A stretch of DNA of 62,241 nucleotides, the filler included, from Rhabdomonas costata (lineage: Eukaryota): NCBI GenBank assembly GCA_019059605.1. It is 27 parts of 27 records of this genome, joined end to end, with 100 filler letters (N's around TTAATTAATTAA, not from the genome) between each part and the next. Parts side by side here need not be neighbours in the genome. Positions count along the whole stretch, not along the records: positions 23,102 to 25,311 come from JAHMHO010004826.1; positions 25,412 to 27,621 come from JAHMHO010004827.1; positions 27,722 to 29,930 come from JAHMHO010004828.1; positions 30,031 to 32,238 come from JAHMHO010004829.1; positions 32,339 to 34,546 come from JAHMHO010004830.1; positions 34,647 to 36,855 come from JAHMHO010004831.1; 21 more parts are not named here. One strand, given 5' to 3'. Every line of letters starts with the position of its first letter. Positions within the stretch are counted from its first letter, which is position 1. Shown piece by piece: positions 24,619 to 36,348 of the stretch. The position numbers and the translations under genes were made by a program. A model generated the notes under the pieces. That model did not search any database and was not told where the DNA came from. It was given only the letters and a program-made list of their open reading frames with translations.

Positions 24619-25053
24619 ATGCCCGCCCCGATCACCGAGATTCTCCCGGGGAAGCTCTACCTGGGCAACGTCGAGGGGGCATCGTCGGCCGCCAAGCTCA
24701 ACGCCTTGGGGATCACCCACGTCGTCAACGCCGCACTGGATCTCCCGAACTTCTTCCCTGGGCGGCTGACGTATTACAACTGCAACCTTAGGGATGACTT
24801 TTTTGAGCAGATCCAGTTCGACGGCCCGCTGCAGTTCATCCACAACGCCCTGCACCAGGGTGGGGTGGTGCTGGTGCACTGCCGGGTGGGCGCCAGCCGG
24901 TCTGCAGCGATTGTGGTTGCCTACCTGATGGTGTACCACCGGTTGACTCTGAAGGAGATCCTGGGGAAGCTGGAGCGCCGCCGGCCCTGCGTGGACCCCA
25001 ACGGGAACTACATGTTTCAGCTGATGCAGCTGCAGGCTAGGATGCAGTCCCAG
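24619..25053 (+). CDS. Dual-specificity protein phosphatase, first exon
   Basis: ITEILPGKLYLG, LGITHVVN, VLVHCRVGASRSAAIVVAYLM, RRPCVDPNGNYMFQL; probable donor CAG|GT at 25054. Confidence 0.93.
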
Positions 25054-25476
25054 GTGGTTCCGCAGCACCTGCCATGTTTCGGGAGTTGGATGGGTGCTGC
25101 ATCCGGGAGAAGCCGTTTTGTGTTTATTGTCGTTCCCTCCTTGCCCATAGCTAGGCCGCTTCTTTTTTGCGCTGTGCTGCTGTCTGTGAGACTTCGTGCT
25201 CAAATCTCAGTCCCAGCGCCGCGCTGGTGGCTAACATCGAAACTCCTCACATTTGCCTAATCCAAAACCGACATAAGTGCATTTATGCCCCCCCCCCTCG
25301 CCACGTACCCCNNNNNNNNNNNNNNNNNNNNNNNNNNNNNNNNNNNNNNNNNNNNTTAATTAATTAANNNNNNNNNNNNNNNNNNNNNNNNNNNNNNNNN
25401 NNNNNNNNNNNGGGGTTGTGGGGTCGCGTCGTTGCCGCGGAAACCCTCCCAGCGTTGGGTATGGAAGCAGGCAGAC

Positions 25477-25674
25477 CTCCGACGCGCCAGGATCCGAGCG
25501 CCGCGGCAAACTTTGAGGGCAGATGCTCAGGGGATCGGTAGAGTCCTCAATTCTGCTGGCCAAGTCCTGGCGAGCAGCGAACGCCAGCTTCATCTGTTCA
25601 ATAGCGTCGCAAAGGGCATCTGGTTCAGTAATGCCGCAGTCTCCAAGAAGGCGCTCGACAATACCCAGATAAAA
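25477..25674 (-). CDS. Internal exon of a hypothetical protein
   Basis: TGCAG acceptor, 66 open codons (FYLGIVERLLGDCGITEPDALCDAIEQMK...), GAG|GT donor. Confidence 0.4.
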
Positions 25675-27794
25675 CTGCAAAATTGCAAAAAGCGTACCGG
25701 GTATTGCAAAAGAAAAAACAGATAATCGCACATTCGGAATTAAAACCAATAAAACTCAGTTTGTTTCTGTATCATCCATGACTCACCATGGATGATTTTT
25801 TAATCTCGCCGCACTCCACATTCAACACCACAACAACAAGTGTCCGAAAGGTTCAGAATAAAAATGAGGCAGACACGGTACAAGTCCACACTTTTCAAAT
25901 TGCATGCGCCGCTCTTGAAAATGTGCTTCAGATATGGACGACAGCCAAACCAAAGCAATGTTGGAGTCAACACAAATCATGCTAAAAAGGATGCATTTTG
26001 CGGGACGCAAGCAATCAATATGCAAATGAAGTGTTTCAAGCCTTCGGGTTTTCAAGAGAGGAGTACTTGAACCACATTCGTAAGGTGGAGATCAAGGAAC
26101 AAATGATGAATCGAAACGGCACCTTCCAGTGCCTATGACGCGGGGCATCTCGCACTCGCTGCTGCTCAGCGGCGAGCTTCCTCTGGCTGCACCTTGGTCG
26201 TGGCCGGAAAAGACTCCACAGCAAGTTGGCAGCATGGGTCAGCAATCCAACCATCGCAACGAGAGAAGCCAAGCCCACGACAAACGGGAAGTGGGAGTCT
26301 GGGAATGAAGCATTGCCGGGGAGATGCCCCCATGGCATGCCAAACAACATTCCTGATGATCGTGCAAAAAGACACCCAGTATGAAAGCAGTTGCAAGGAT
26401 GACCGATCTGTCTGAAAATTAAGAGATGTTGTCCATTAAAAAGTAGTAGAATTTATTTCCTAACAGCTACACGATCACATCAGCGAAAGTGGTTGTCGAG
26501 TGTCCAAATCCCTCCAGCTTTGTCCAAACCTGCTTCCGAGTACACACACGCACACGCATACACACACACACTTCACTACAAAGAAACTTCAACACCGAAT
26601 CCATGAATGACACTTCCCCAATCAGCAGAACAGTGCCAGAGAGCGGGTTGAATCCATTGCAGTGCGCCCCATGGGCGGCAAGTCAGGTCCAGTTCAGAAA
26701 TATTTTAGCAAAGAGTACCACGTCCAGACACATCTCCCGGGCCCCCGTTCTCAACGTGATGCAATCACAATTTTGTCATGATTTTTTGTGCCCTTTTCAC
26801 TTCAATCTAACACTGTCTTATGTCTTACCCGCCAGTGCACCCCTAGGCGCTCGTCGTGTAATGTGCAGCCACCGTCCACCGAACTTGTCACCGCGAAATC
26901 TTCCCTGCGATTTTTGTGCGTGCCTGCGTTGATGTTTTCGAGAGGTTGCTTCCGCCAAAGTGAACGCGTGACTACACATTCTTTCAATCGAATTCCATAT
27001 GAATGAATGCAAGTCACAACAACAGGTACTCTGTACCCTGTACCCCTATTGCTACTTGCTCACGGCGGGAACGCTTCCTTGAATCCGTTTCCACAGCCAC
27101 ACGTAAGAGTCCACGCCCGGCAGGAAACAGGCAATGCGCAGATGAGGACCAAACAGCCTGTGAAAAATGTCAACCACACGCCCAGTTGAACATTTGATCC
27201 CTCAACGTTGCACGCGCACACAACAGCATCAAGACGCGCAGCAAAACAGACACCGTCCACACCGTAATTGTCTTTCCACCGCACCACCCCTCGGGGGCTC
27301 GCAATCAAAAATTTGTCGCAAACTAAGAAAAATGCATCCTAAGCACCTGTCAAGCACCACCACAGGCAAATGGGCCGCTCGGCCGCACTCGCAGACCCAT
27401 ACGTTCTGCTCCCTGGCTCCCTGGTACCATAAAAGCGTACCGAAAATACACCAAATTTGGCGCGAAAATTACTAAACAAGTAAACAAGTAAACAAACAAA
27501 ACCTGTTGTCAACGAATTCCACCCTGGGCCATGGTGGACTGGCCTCCACTCGGAGTTCCCGCACCACCTTCAGAAGCCCACCACACTCTTCCAAAAGCCG
27601 CCGCTTAAAACACCCCAAAACNNNNNNNNNNNNNNNNNNNNNNNNNNNNNNNNNNNNNNNNNNNNTTAATTAATTAANNNNNNNNNNNNNNNNNNNNNNN
27701 NNNNNNNNNNNNNNNNNNNNNAGGTTCCTATGCTCTGATTTCATTTCACTTTTGAATGCAGCTCGTCTTGCTGTTATTACTGTTGTTGCGAGTG

Positions 27795-29729
27795 ATGCAG
27801 GCTCCCGAAGTGCACCTCGACTATCTTCGGCGGCATAAAGTGCCGGCCCTCGTGGATGAGCTTATTAAGAGGCTTGTGGTGGATATGCCGAAGGACCCCC
27901 GGAGCTACCTCGCTGCTTTACTGACCGACGGAGAGTTCCTTTCCTCTGCCACTTCCAACCCTGGCTCACGACCAAATAGCTTGTCTTCTGGGCCTGCCCA
28001 CAGCAAGGTAACCGGCTCTCATTTAACTGGTGGAAGCTCGTCCAGTGGTGTCCCCATCCCCACGGACAAGTACCTCAGGCTGACGATCTTGCACTCCAAT
28101 GACATCCACGGGGACTTTGAGGCTGAGATGGCCGAGGGCGATGCCCACTCTCAAATTGGGGGCGTTGCTCTTCTGGCGGGCTATCTCCGGAAGGCTCGGG
28201 AGACCGAGCCGAATGTGCTGTATGTTGTCGCTGGGGATATGTTGCAGGGCTCAGTGGTGGATAAGGAGTTCAAGGGAATCTCGACGATGCAGATCATGAA
28301 CTATCTCTCTCCAACCGTGGCCTGCCTGGGTAACCACGAGGAGGATTATGGGATAACCCACCTGCTTTTTCTGGAGAAGGTCGCGCGTTTCCCCATCGTC
28401 ACCTCCAACCTTTACATGAAGGGCATGGTTTCTCGGCTATTCCGGCCCTATCTCGTCCATGAAGTGCAGGGGTACAAGGTCCTCTTCATTGGGCTGGTTA
28501 CGGCGGACATTCTCATTGGGGTGAAGTCCCGGGACACCCTTGTGGCGGAGAACATTGAGATGACCGGCTACGTTGAGGAGGTTGGGAAGATCTGTGATGC
28601 TTTCAAGACCACAGACATCGACCTCACCATTCTGGTTACCCACATTGGGGTTGAGGAGGACAAGCTCCTGGCCTCGATGTTGAAGCCCGAGTGGGGTGTC
28701 GACCTTATCATCGGGGGCCACTCCCACACATTCCTGAAGGAGCCCCTTAAGGTGAACGGGGTGGTGATAGCCCAGGCTGGGTGCGGAAGCGATCAGATCG
28801 GGCGCTTCGACCTTGTCGTTGACACGGAAACGAACTCCATCGCCGAGCTGAAGTGGGAGTGCGTTCCCGTCAACGCCTCTACGGCCGTTCCCGACCCAGA
28901 TTTAAGCCTTTTTCTAGAGAAGCTTAGTGATCCGGTCAAAAAGAAGTACAACGCGATGCTGTGCAGGTTCAACCGAGCGATGCGGCATGGCGACGGAGAG
29001 GTCGAGACTGAGGCCGGGAACCTGTTTGCGGATGTGATGGCGGGCGCGACAAAGGTGGACGTGGCCTTACTATACAGCAAGTCCCTGAGAGGGGAGAGTT
29101 TGGGTCCTGTGGTAACTCTGGGGGACCTTGACACGTTCTTTCCGTACGAAACCGCCGTTCATGTGGTGGACGTCTCAGGCGAAGTCCTGAAGAAGATCTT
29201 CGTGTTTTGGGTGAGGAAGGAGAACCGGGTTCCTGGCCGAGCGAAGTGCTTTCAAGTCAACCGTGGGGTGAAGGCCGTGGTATGCAGTGGACCCCTCATT
29301 TCAACTTGACATGTTTCCACTGAGCGTTGGTGCTTTTTCGGGCATTGAAGGCGTCTCCAATTTTGGTTGTTTGAACATGTGCGCGGATGCGTGGCAAGTA
29401 CACATCGGTTTTGTGCCATTTATTTTTTCATCGGTTTTGTGAGGTGCTTTGTATTCTCCCGTGTTCACCAGTATGACGACGGCAAGGCTCAGCTGGTAGA
29501 GCTGAGTGTGCAAGGCGTCGCTGTCACCGACGGCTGCACCCTCCGGATCTTCCTGCAAGACTACCCCCTGAAGAACTGCGCGGCCCTCCTCGGCGTCACG
29601 GCGGAGGTTTTGAGTCACACCACCGTGGTGGCCACTTCAATGACTGTAGTGCTGAGGGAGCACCTTCAACTCAGCCGGAACCTGTCCGGATCCGTGGAGG
29701 GCAGGCTGGTCTACCTCGCTGCAAGCTGA
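27795..29729 (+). CDS. 5'-nucleotidase/metallophosphatase (UshA-like) with an N-terminal Dpy-30/RIIa-like docking motif; exons 27795-29279 and 29472-29729
   Basis: LTILHSNDIHG, AGDMLQG, GNHEEDYG, VTHIG, IIGGHSH; N-terminal YLRRHKVPALVDELIKRLVVDMPKDPRSYL; phase-0 GT-AG intron. Confidence 0.92.
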
Positions 29730-31522
29730 CCTCTGGACTGAAAGCGAATTCGGGCGCTCTAGCTTGCGGCATAAGTCGACTTTTCCCCCTCTCTCTTGAA
29801 TGATGTGGAACCTGAGGTAACAACACTTGGATCAGGATCCCCGTTGTGCCCATTTGTCCATGTATGGCTCATTGGTTTTGATTGAGTTGAACTGGGATCG
29901 CTCGATCAACACCAATGAAGTCTTTCTGACNNNNNNNNNNNNNNNNNNNNNNNNNNNNNNNNNNNNNNNNNNNNTTAATTAATTAANNNNNNNNNNNNNN
30001 NNNNNNNNNNNNNNNNNNNNNNNNNNNNNNGGATGTGGTGAATAACATGCTTGGGCAAATTTGGTTTCGACGGAGCGGGTTTTTACCCTCGTTTTTCTTG
30101 TGGCACGTCTCTTTTAAGGTGGCCGTTGCTCTTTTAATTACCCGAACAAAAGGCTCGAAGCGTCTTCAACGAAGGGCTGCTTGAGTGGTTTCTCTTGCTG
30201 TTACCCTTCTCGCGCCGGTGTCGGCTAAAACTCCCGTTTCCTTTGCGGATTTGTTCTCGGTCCCTCGGTCCTCGGACCTGTCGCGGTCTAGGCCTAACGG
30301 ACGGACAAAGGAAACAACAGGGGTGGGGGTGGATAGGTAGAAGTTGGTAAGGATATGGTGTAAACCTGGTTATATTGAGTTTGCGTTCGCCACTTCCCGT
30401 TTGTGTCGGAAACCTGGACTTTGGACCCGCGTTGTCCTGCCGGGCGGTTTCTTAATTGCACGGATTTGCTCGAGATTCCCTTTTTATAAAACCCTATAAA
30501 CCTTGCGGTGATTACCATCATCCCCGTTTTGCGAAGCGAGGAAGCCACGCGCCTCCTGCTTTCCTCTGTCATGCTTTCCCAAAATCGCTATGCAAAATGC
30601 AAACCTTCGACTTACACTCTTCAACTAAACGTGTCTCTGCGTTCGCTTCTCCACCATAGGGTGCTTTCGCAAACTCCTACCTTTGCAGTTTGCCATGAAA
30701 CCCCGGGGTGGCTTCCTTGTGTTGCCGGGCGTACTTGGCTTGGATGTACCCATGCCCATAACCACTAGGATGACAGTACACACACCCTTTGCCAATACCA
30801 ACACTTCCCTCGACACAAGAAGCGGTGACACTCCTACGCATCAAGATAAAGTATCAGGCAATCGTGGTATGCCCCGACACCACACCACGGAGGATGGCAA
30901 CCACAGCATCGGAAATACAACCGGACATGCCCTTTCTGTGCTCTTCACCACACCGGGAGTGGTTGGCTCAACATCAAATTCGGGTCACAACAACAGCATC
31001 CAAGGTTGGGTGAACCAGGGTTGATGATGCTATGACCGTTGTTGAAGCCGTCCCGAAGGGCAGAGTCCACCACACCATCCTGACCCCAAGCATAAGATTG
31101 ACGTGGTTGTTACGCCACTACCTGAGGCAGAGGGTTGGATGCCATGGCATTACCACAACATGACATCACCCTTGAAGCGGAGGACTGACAGGGTTGTAAC
31201 GCCCATGCCTACTCAACAAGAGATGACACCATGCCATGGCCCATAACACAACATCCCCACACACAAAGCGTAGGATTGACAGGGTTGTGACACCCCAACC
31301 CACGCGATGATGTGTTGAATGTGCTGATCCTGATGGTAAATAAAACTTTTGTCCCGAAAGGTTCCCTCGAAATATCTTGTTGCCAAAGTAATAAGAGAAT
31401 GTATGGTCTTCTTATCGTGACGAGGCAGTGGTTCCCACAGTGGTGCCCGTTTTTTCTCTTCCACACGCATGGAGGGTGGGGAGGGGGACCTAAATTTGAG
31501 TGCCCCCACCTCTGCTTTTCAG

Positions 31523-32238
31523 GTCTGCACGGCCCGCCCGACTTGAAGGTCAGCAACGGTACTGTGTGTCGGGCCGCAGCCTGGGACTGGTACGCAGTGC
31601 TCTCTTCTTTTTGACTGACTACAACAGCTTTTGCCTTTACGGGATCAGACTACTTGTTGATAGATGTGGTGTTGTGCGGTGGCGCCGCATGTTTTTTTGC
31701 TTTTCAAAAGCGACATTGAAGAGACATACGATGGGGTGACGAACTTCTGCGGGTCCGATGTCATCCTTGATCGCGGCACGGTGTTCCTGAAGGCAGCAGG
31801 GCCATGCGATGTGACAGGTATCTGCATTTTTTTCTCACACACGTACATACACACACCGTCTCTCTTGACTGAACAGTGATGGTCTACTGCGAGCAGGCGT
31901 TTTTTTTACCATGCGAAACAGCATGGTTGACAGCTCATAGCTGGTAGAGGGCGAATTCGTTGTGGCCTGCAAAGCTTGTTGGCCCTTCTTGGATAACAGG
32001 ACGGAGCTCTGCTTGGAATGCATACCAACACAGGAATTAGAAAGCAAATGCAAGGAATTTAGTCTGAAAGCATACTCTCCTCTGCCCAGCCCTTCTTAAT
32101 GTCGTTTTCCCATTGCCCTGAAGTGTCCAACTCGTTATTCTTTACGCTCTTGCAGAAACCTGCGATGGTTACTCGCGATTCTGCCCTGCGGACTCCAAGC
32201 AATCCAACGGCACGGTCTGCCGCAACGCCTCCAACCCC
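31523..32238 (+). CDS. Tandem disintegrin-like Cys-rich repeat protein, partial; exons 31523-31589, 31711-31817, 32156-32238
   Basis: Spliced PPDLKVSNGTVCRAAAWDCDIEETYDGVTNFCGSDVILDRGTVFLKAAGPCDVTETCDGYSRFCPADSKQSNGTVCRNASNP; junction phases are consistent. Confidence 0.8.
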
Positions 32239-32747
32239 NNNNNNNNNNNNNNNNNNNNNNNNNNNNNNNNNNNNNNNNNNNNTTAATTAATTAANNNNNN
32301 NNNNNNNNNNNNNNNNNNNNNNNNNNNNNNNNNNNNNNTTTGTTGGGGACTCCACCTGGTTCAGCGCCTCTGCGGAGTCCACTGCGAAGGCACCCACACA
32401 CGAGCAAGCTCAGGTGGAGTCCCCGGGAGAAACCTTCTCTCCCACTCTGTCATCACACTGCTTTGCATCCACGTTCGCCCAAAGTGCAGGATCACATTAC
32501 AGGGGCAATTTTGGGAGAAATTGCCAGGTTTCTGCTTGCAGGCGATTGCGGATTTGCTGAACGATTGCGTTTGACCACTTTCTGCGGGATGCGCCCTCGC
32601 CTTTCTCATTTTCGCCAGAACACAGGTCCTGCCATCTCAGGAAGAGTGCAGTGCATTGCAACACAGAAAGAGTGAGAAACGTAGGCACAAACAACAAGCC
32701 CAACAAGCCAAGGCTAGCCACGGGGGACGCGAAAGATTCAAACAAAC

Positions 32748-34350
32748 CTGCGTGCTCATGAGTCAGCTCCTGACCGCCCAGCCCGGGCATAACGTACATT
32801 GAGAGCTCCATTCCCGCACGCTTTGCCTTCTGCCCACCCTTGACGTGAATGGCCTGAGTCGCACCCTTGCGCACCCGCCGAAGCACGGCGTCACAACCCG
32901 ATTCGAACCCAACGTGAATCCGGTCCAGCCCTGCGCAGTGCATACACAGTTGCAGTATACACAGCATCGGAAAGAAAGTGAGCCTGGAAACATCGTGCAG
33001 TTTGACCCACCCATCCAAATACCCGCTTCCCTAAGAAACTCTGCAGCTTTACGTTGGGTTCTTTCTGCTGTAACTAAAACTTAATGCAGCCCGTGCGGTG
33101 CTGAATATTGTTGCTCTGTCGCCCTATTACAATAATCGCTCCTGCATCCATAATAAACTTATCTGCAAGTGCACTTTCACATTCAGCGCCATTTATGCAG
33201 CGTTCACCTTACCTCCAGAAAAAAATGGTAACGTTATTATTTCAAACGAATGTTATTGAATCCCCCCAATCCTGTTCCCCGAACGACATTCGGACCTGCC
33301 TCCTTGAGCTCCCGCAAGTCCTGGTCCGCAAGCCTGGCCAGGGTGTGGGAGCGGGCGTAGGAGGTGACCCTCCGCATCGTCGGGAAGATCTGCCTAAGAT
33401 ATTTAAGCACCTCCAGCAAATCCTTGGGGTTCATCAGAAGAGTGTTGGCGTCCTGCAGGAAGACATCCTTCATGCCCTGCTTCACCCAGTCCAGGGCAGC
33501 CTCCGCGGCAAGCTTCTCCGGGCCCTGCAGCTGGGAAAGGTTCACCGCCTCGGGGCCTTCACAGTGATAAGAAAAGACCTCGCTGGCCTCGCTAATCCAC
33601 ATGTCCCCGAGAAAAAGGCCGAATTAAGGGTGATTAGGAGATATGGTTGCGATCCCTCATTGACCCGGCAGGTGGAATGGGCGCAAGGGTGAGCCCGTTC
33701 ATCAGGATTTGAGAGGTGGTTAACCAAACCTACCACAGCTCACACTGCTAAAACGGAGCAGAAAAAAAAGAGACAATGATGCCTTCGGTGGTGATCTTCT
33801 TGACGTAGCCGGCGATGCAGTCGATGTCCTGCTTGAGATGGTCCACCGGGCGCAGCGAGAACCGCTCTCCCTTGTACAGAGGGCAGAATGTGCACTGGTT
33901 CCAAGGGCAATTGCGCGACGTCCGCAGCTTCAGGCTGAACCGTTCGGTCGGGGGCCGCGTCGGCCTATAAGAACGCACAAAAGGATGCGCCAGCGGACAA
34001 CCCCAGCAGCTGGATCAAAAGTGATAGGGCGATGCGCATGACAATGCGGCTCGATGCAAAACGGCAAAAAACTTTCGTCTGAGATGCAAACCTTTTCACA
34101 ATCCTTTGGTACTGTTCTGTGAAAGGGGGGTGAGCAGGGCAAGGTGGGATTGAATCCCGCTTCGCCAAAACCGATTCTTACAAACAAAACTCGAAGATCG
34201 AAAAAAATTCGAAAAGAATTTTCTTTTTTTTTCAATTATTGTGAAAATTCTCGAAGTGAGGGAGCACACACGCACTGGGACACGCATAAGGAGATGATGC
34301 GCACATGCACTGGGACACCGCCCGATTTCAGGTGCTGCGCTGGGAGGGTC
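32748..34350 (-). CDS. Radical SAM protein of prokaryotic type, partial; exons about 34350-34320, 33964-33783, 33556-33296, 32930-32748
   Basis: CxxxCxxC motif RNCPWNQCTFC; RPPTE, VFLQDANTL, RVTSYAR, GLDRIHVGFESG, YVMPGLGG; spliceosomal introns. Confidence 0.9.
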
Positions 34351-34680
34351 CTGCTCAGCAATAAGGCAAATAGGATTGTGAATTTCCTAATTTTACGCTT
34401 CTGCAGTCAGCAGTCACAGCAAGTGTAGTAATGGCTATGCAAGGAGGAAAGTGATCAACTCGCTTTCGTTTACACAGGAGAAGGTGAAGGTGAGAAGCCA
34501 ATGACCAGGCAACCTGTGTTGAATCCCTCTCTTAGGCCACAAAACCNNNNNNNNNNNNNNNNNNNNNNNNNNNNNNNNNNNNNNNNNNNNTTAATTAATT
34601 AANNNNNNNNNNNNNNNNNNNNNNNNNNNNNNNNNNNNNNNNNNNNTGTGTTTTGTTTCTGGTTGAAGGCAGAATTTCAG

Positions 34681-34963
34681 AAGCTTTCCGAGCTTTCCGC
34701 ATTCATAAAAAGAAGTGAGGATGAAGGGTCACCCACCGGAAAGGTAGCGGTCCATTCCCCCGGAGGCGTAGTACGGCGGATACGCGGCAAACTCGTCTGG
34801 CACAGGAGCGTCATACCGGTCAAAGCTCTGCTCCGGGGGCTTTGTGACGCAAAGGAAGAGACGGCTCCAACCGTTATGACTCAGGTCATCACCCGCGACC
34901 CATCCGAAAAGCAGGCACGACAACCGGTTCCACAGTCTAATGTCCATTCAACCGCAATCTCAG
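34681..34963 (+). CDS. Possible exon of a hypothetical protein
   Basis: TTTCAG acceptor, open frame, CAG|GTATG donor; no recognisable motif. Confidence 0.3.
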
Positions 34964-36269
34964 GTATGAGTTCCCCCAGCTCATCCGGCCAGTCGACCCT
35001 TTTCTCGGGCACACCCGTCCCGGAACTGCGGAATCACGAACACACCCAGCTCGAAGAAGGTAAGGTGTAAAAGGGGTTCACAGAGTGAGCGGGTCTGCAT
35101 GCGTCTGTGAGGATATAGCAAGTATGTGGAGCGCACAGTGCGCTTGCTGAAGGGGAGCTGCTGTCGCAACCACCTGGCAGTCCCATTCGATGGGCGCTTT
35201 TAAGCTGAGCATGTGTCTTCCTGGTGTCAGCTTCACCAGGGTCAGTCCGTTGCGCATCGTGCGTGGTACGTGCGTGTGAACGTGCATCCAGGGACACCCC
35301 CCCCCCCAAGGAAACGCTCCTGCTCGTGCCTTTCCCCAGGACAACTCCCACTCCATCAATTCACTGATCCAAAGCAAAAAAAAATACCTGGCGAGTGGGG
35401 CTTACTCGGTCCCAATGCACCTGGGTGTCCTCCACTGTGCAAGGCAGCCATGTCAAAGCAAAGAAGCAGCCACAAAAGCACAAAAAGCAGAACAAAATGT
35501 AAGAACCTATTATCGTAGCTGACGACCTGGCGCCGGGCCAGGCGAACAATGCGCCACCAATCCAACATTCCTTTCTTGATTACTCCGACAAAGCAAAGAG
35601 TTCCAGCCCAAAACAATGCCAGTGTGCAGTACATCTGGGATCCTGGGCTACACCTGCAGTGGGTATTCTGAGCACGTGGCCAGCAAAGACCCAAAAATGC
35701 GCACCGGCATCCATAAAAATGCAGCCGAAGCCGAAAGCGTCCTTAAAAAAGGCTTGGATGGACCTCAAGACAAAGATAGTGATACATAAATCAGCGCAGA
35801 AGCAGACCCGGAGGCCAAACAAATCATTCCAGGACGACACCAAAAATACCCCCACACCCAAAACACGACCAAAATGAAGTTCTAACCCACCAAACTCTAG
35901 CTCGGAGTTCCGAGGTCAGTCCTTGGTCCGGTTTGGTGTTGTGTGATCCGGGAATGCTCGTGCAGTATCCCGTCGAGCAAAGGGGAGTTCCTTTTCGGGC
36001 CAAACAGGCTCCTTTTAGTTGATTGTTGAAGGTCGGAAAGCTGGCTGAAAACGCCCAGCTGGAAGAAACCCCAGAACAGCGATAGGCTAGAAAAAAACTG
36101 CGACTTGTAGCTGGCACACTATGGGACAGGCGAATGATGTGCGCCAGCCTGTATTATTCATGCGCGTCCTCCGCGCTTGCACCGACGTGGGCAAACACGC
36201 GTTTTTCATCTCCAGACAGAAATAAGCACCACTAACGAGACCAAAAAGACGAGCAGCGTTGGCGGTGAC

Positions 36270-36348
36270 CTGCAGGGGCTGGCGTATCCTGGGGGAAGTA
36301 CATGGCATCCTCCGTCCAGAGTGCGGTGTAGGGATCATGGGCAGCCAT
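36270..36348 (-). CDS. Possible first exon of a hypothetical protein (MAAHDPYTALWTEDAMYFPQDTPAPA)
   Basis: ATG after a long pyrimidine tract on the minus strand; CAG|GT donor. Confidence 0.35.

Noticed and set aside
27756-27794. Signal peptide MQLVLLLLLLLRV on the nucleotidase
   Set aside because: Probably translated T-rich upstream sequence around a TGCAG acceptor; the docking motif implies an intracellular protein. Not fully excluded.
34319-34322. A further GC donor in the radical SAM gene
   Set aside because: An in-phase GT donor lies 3 nt away; not counted.
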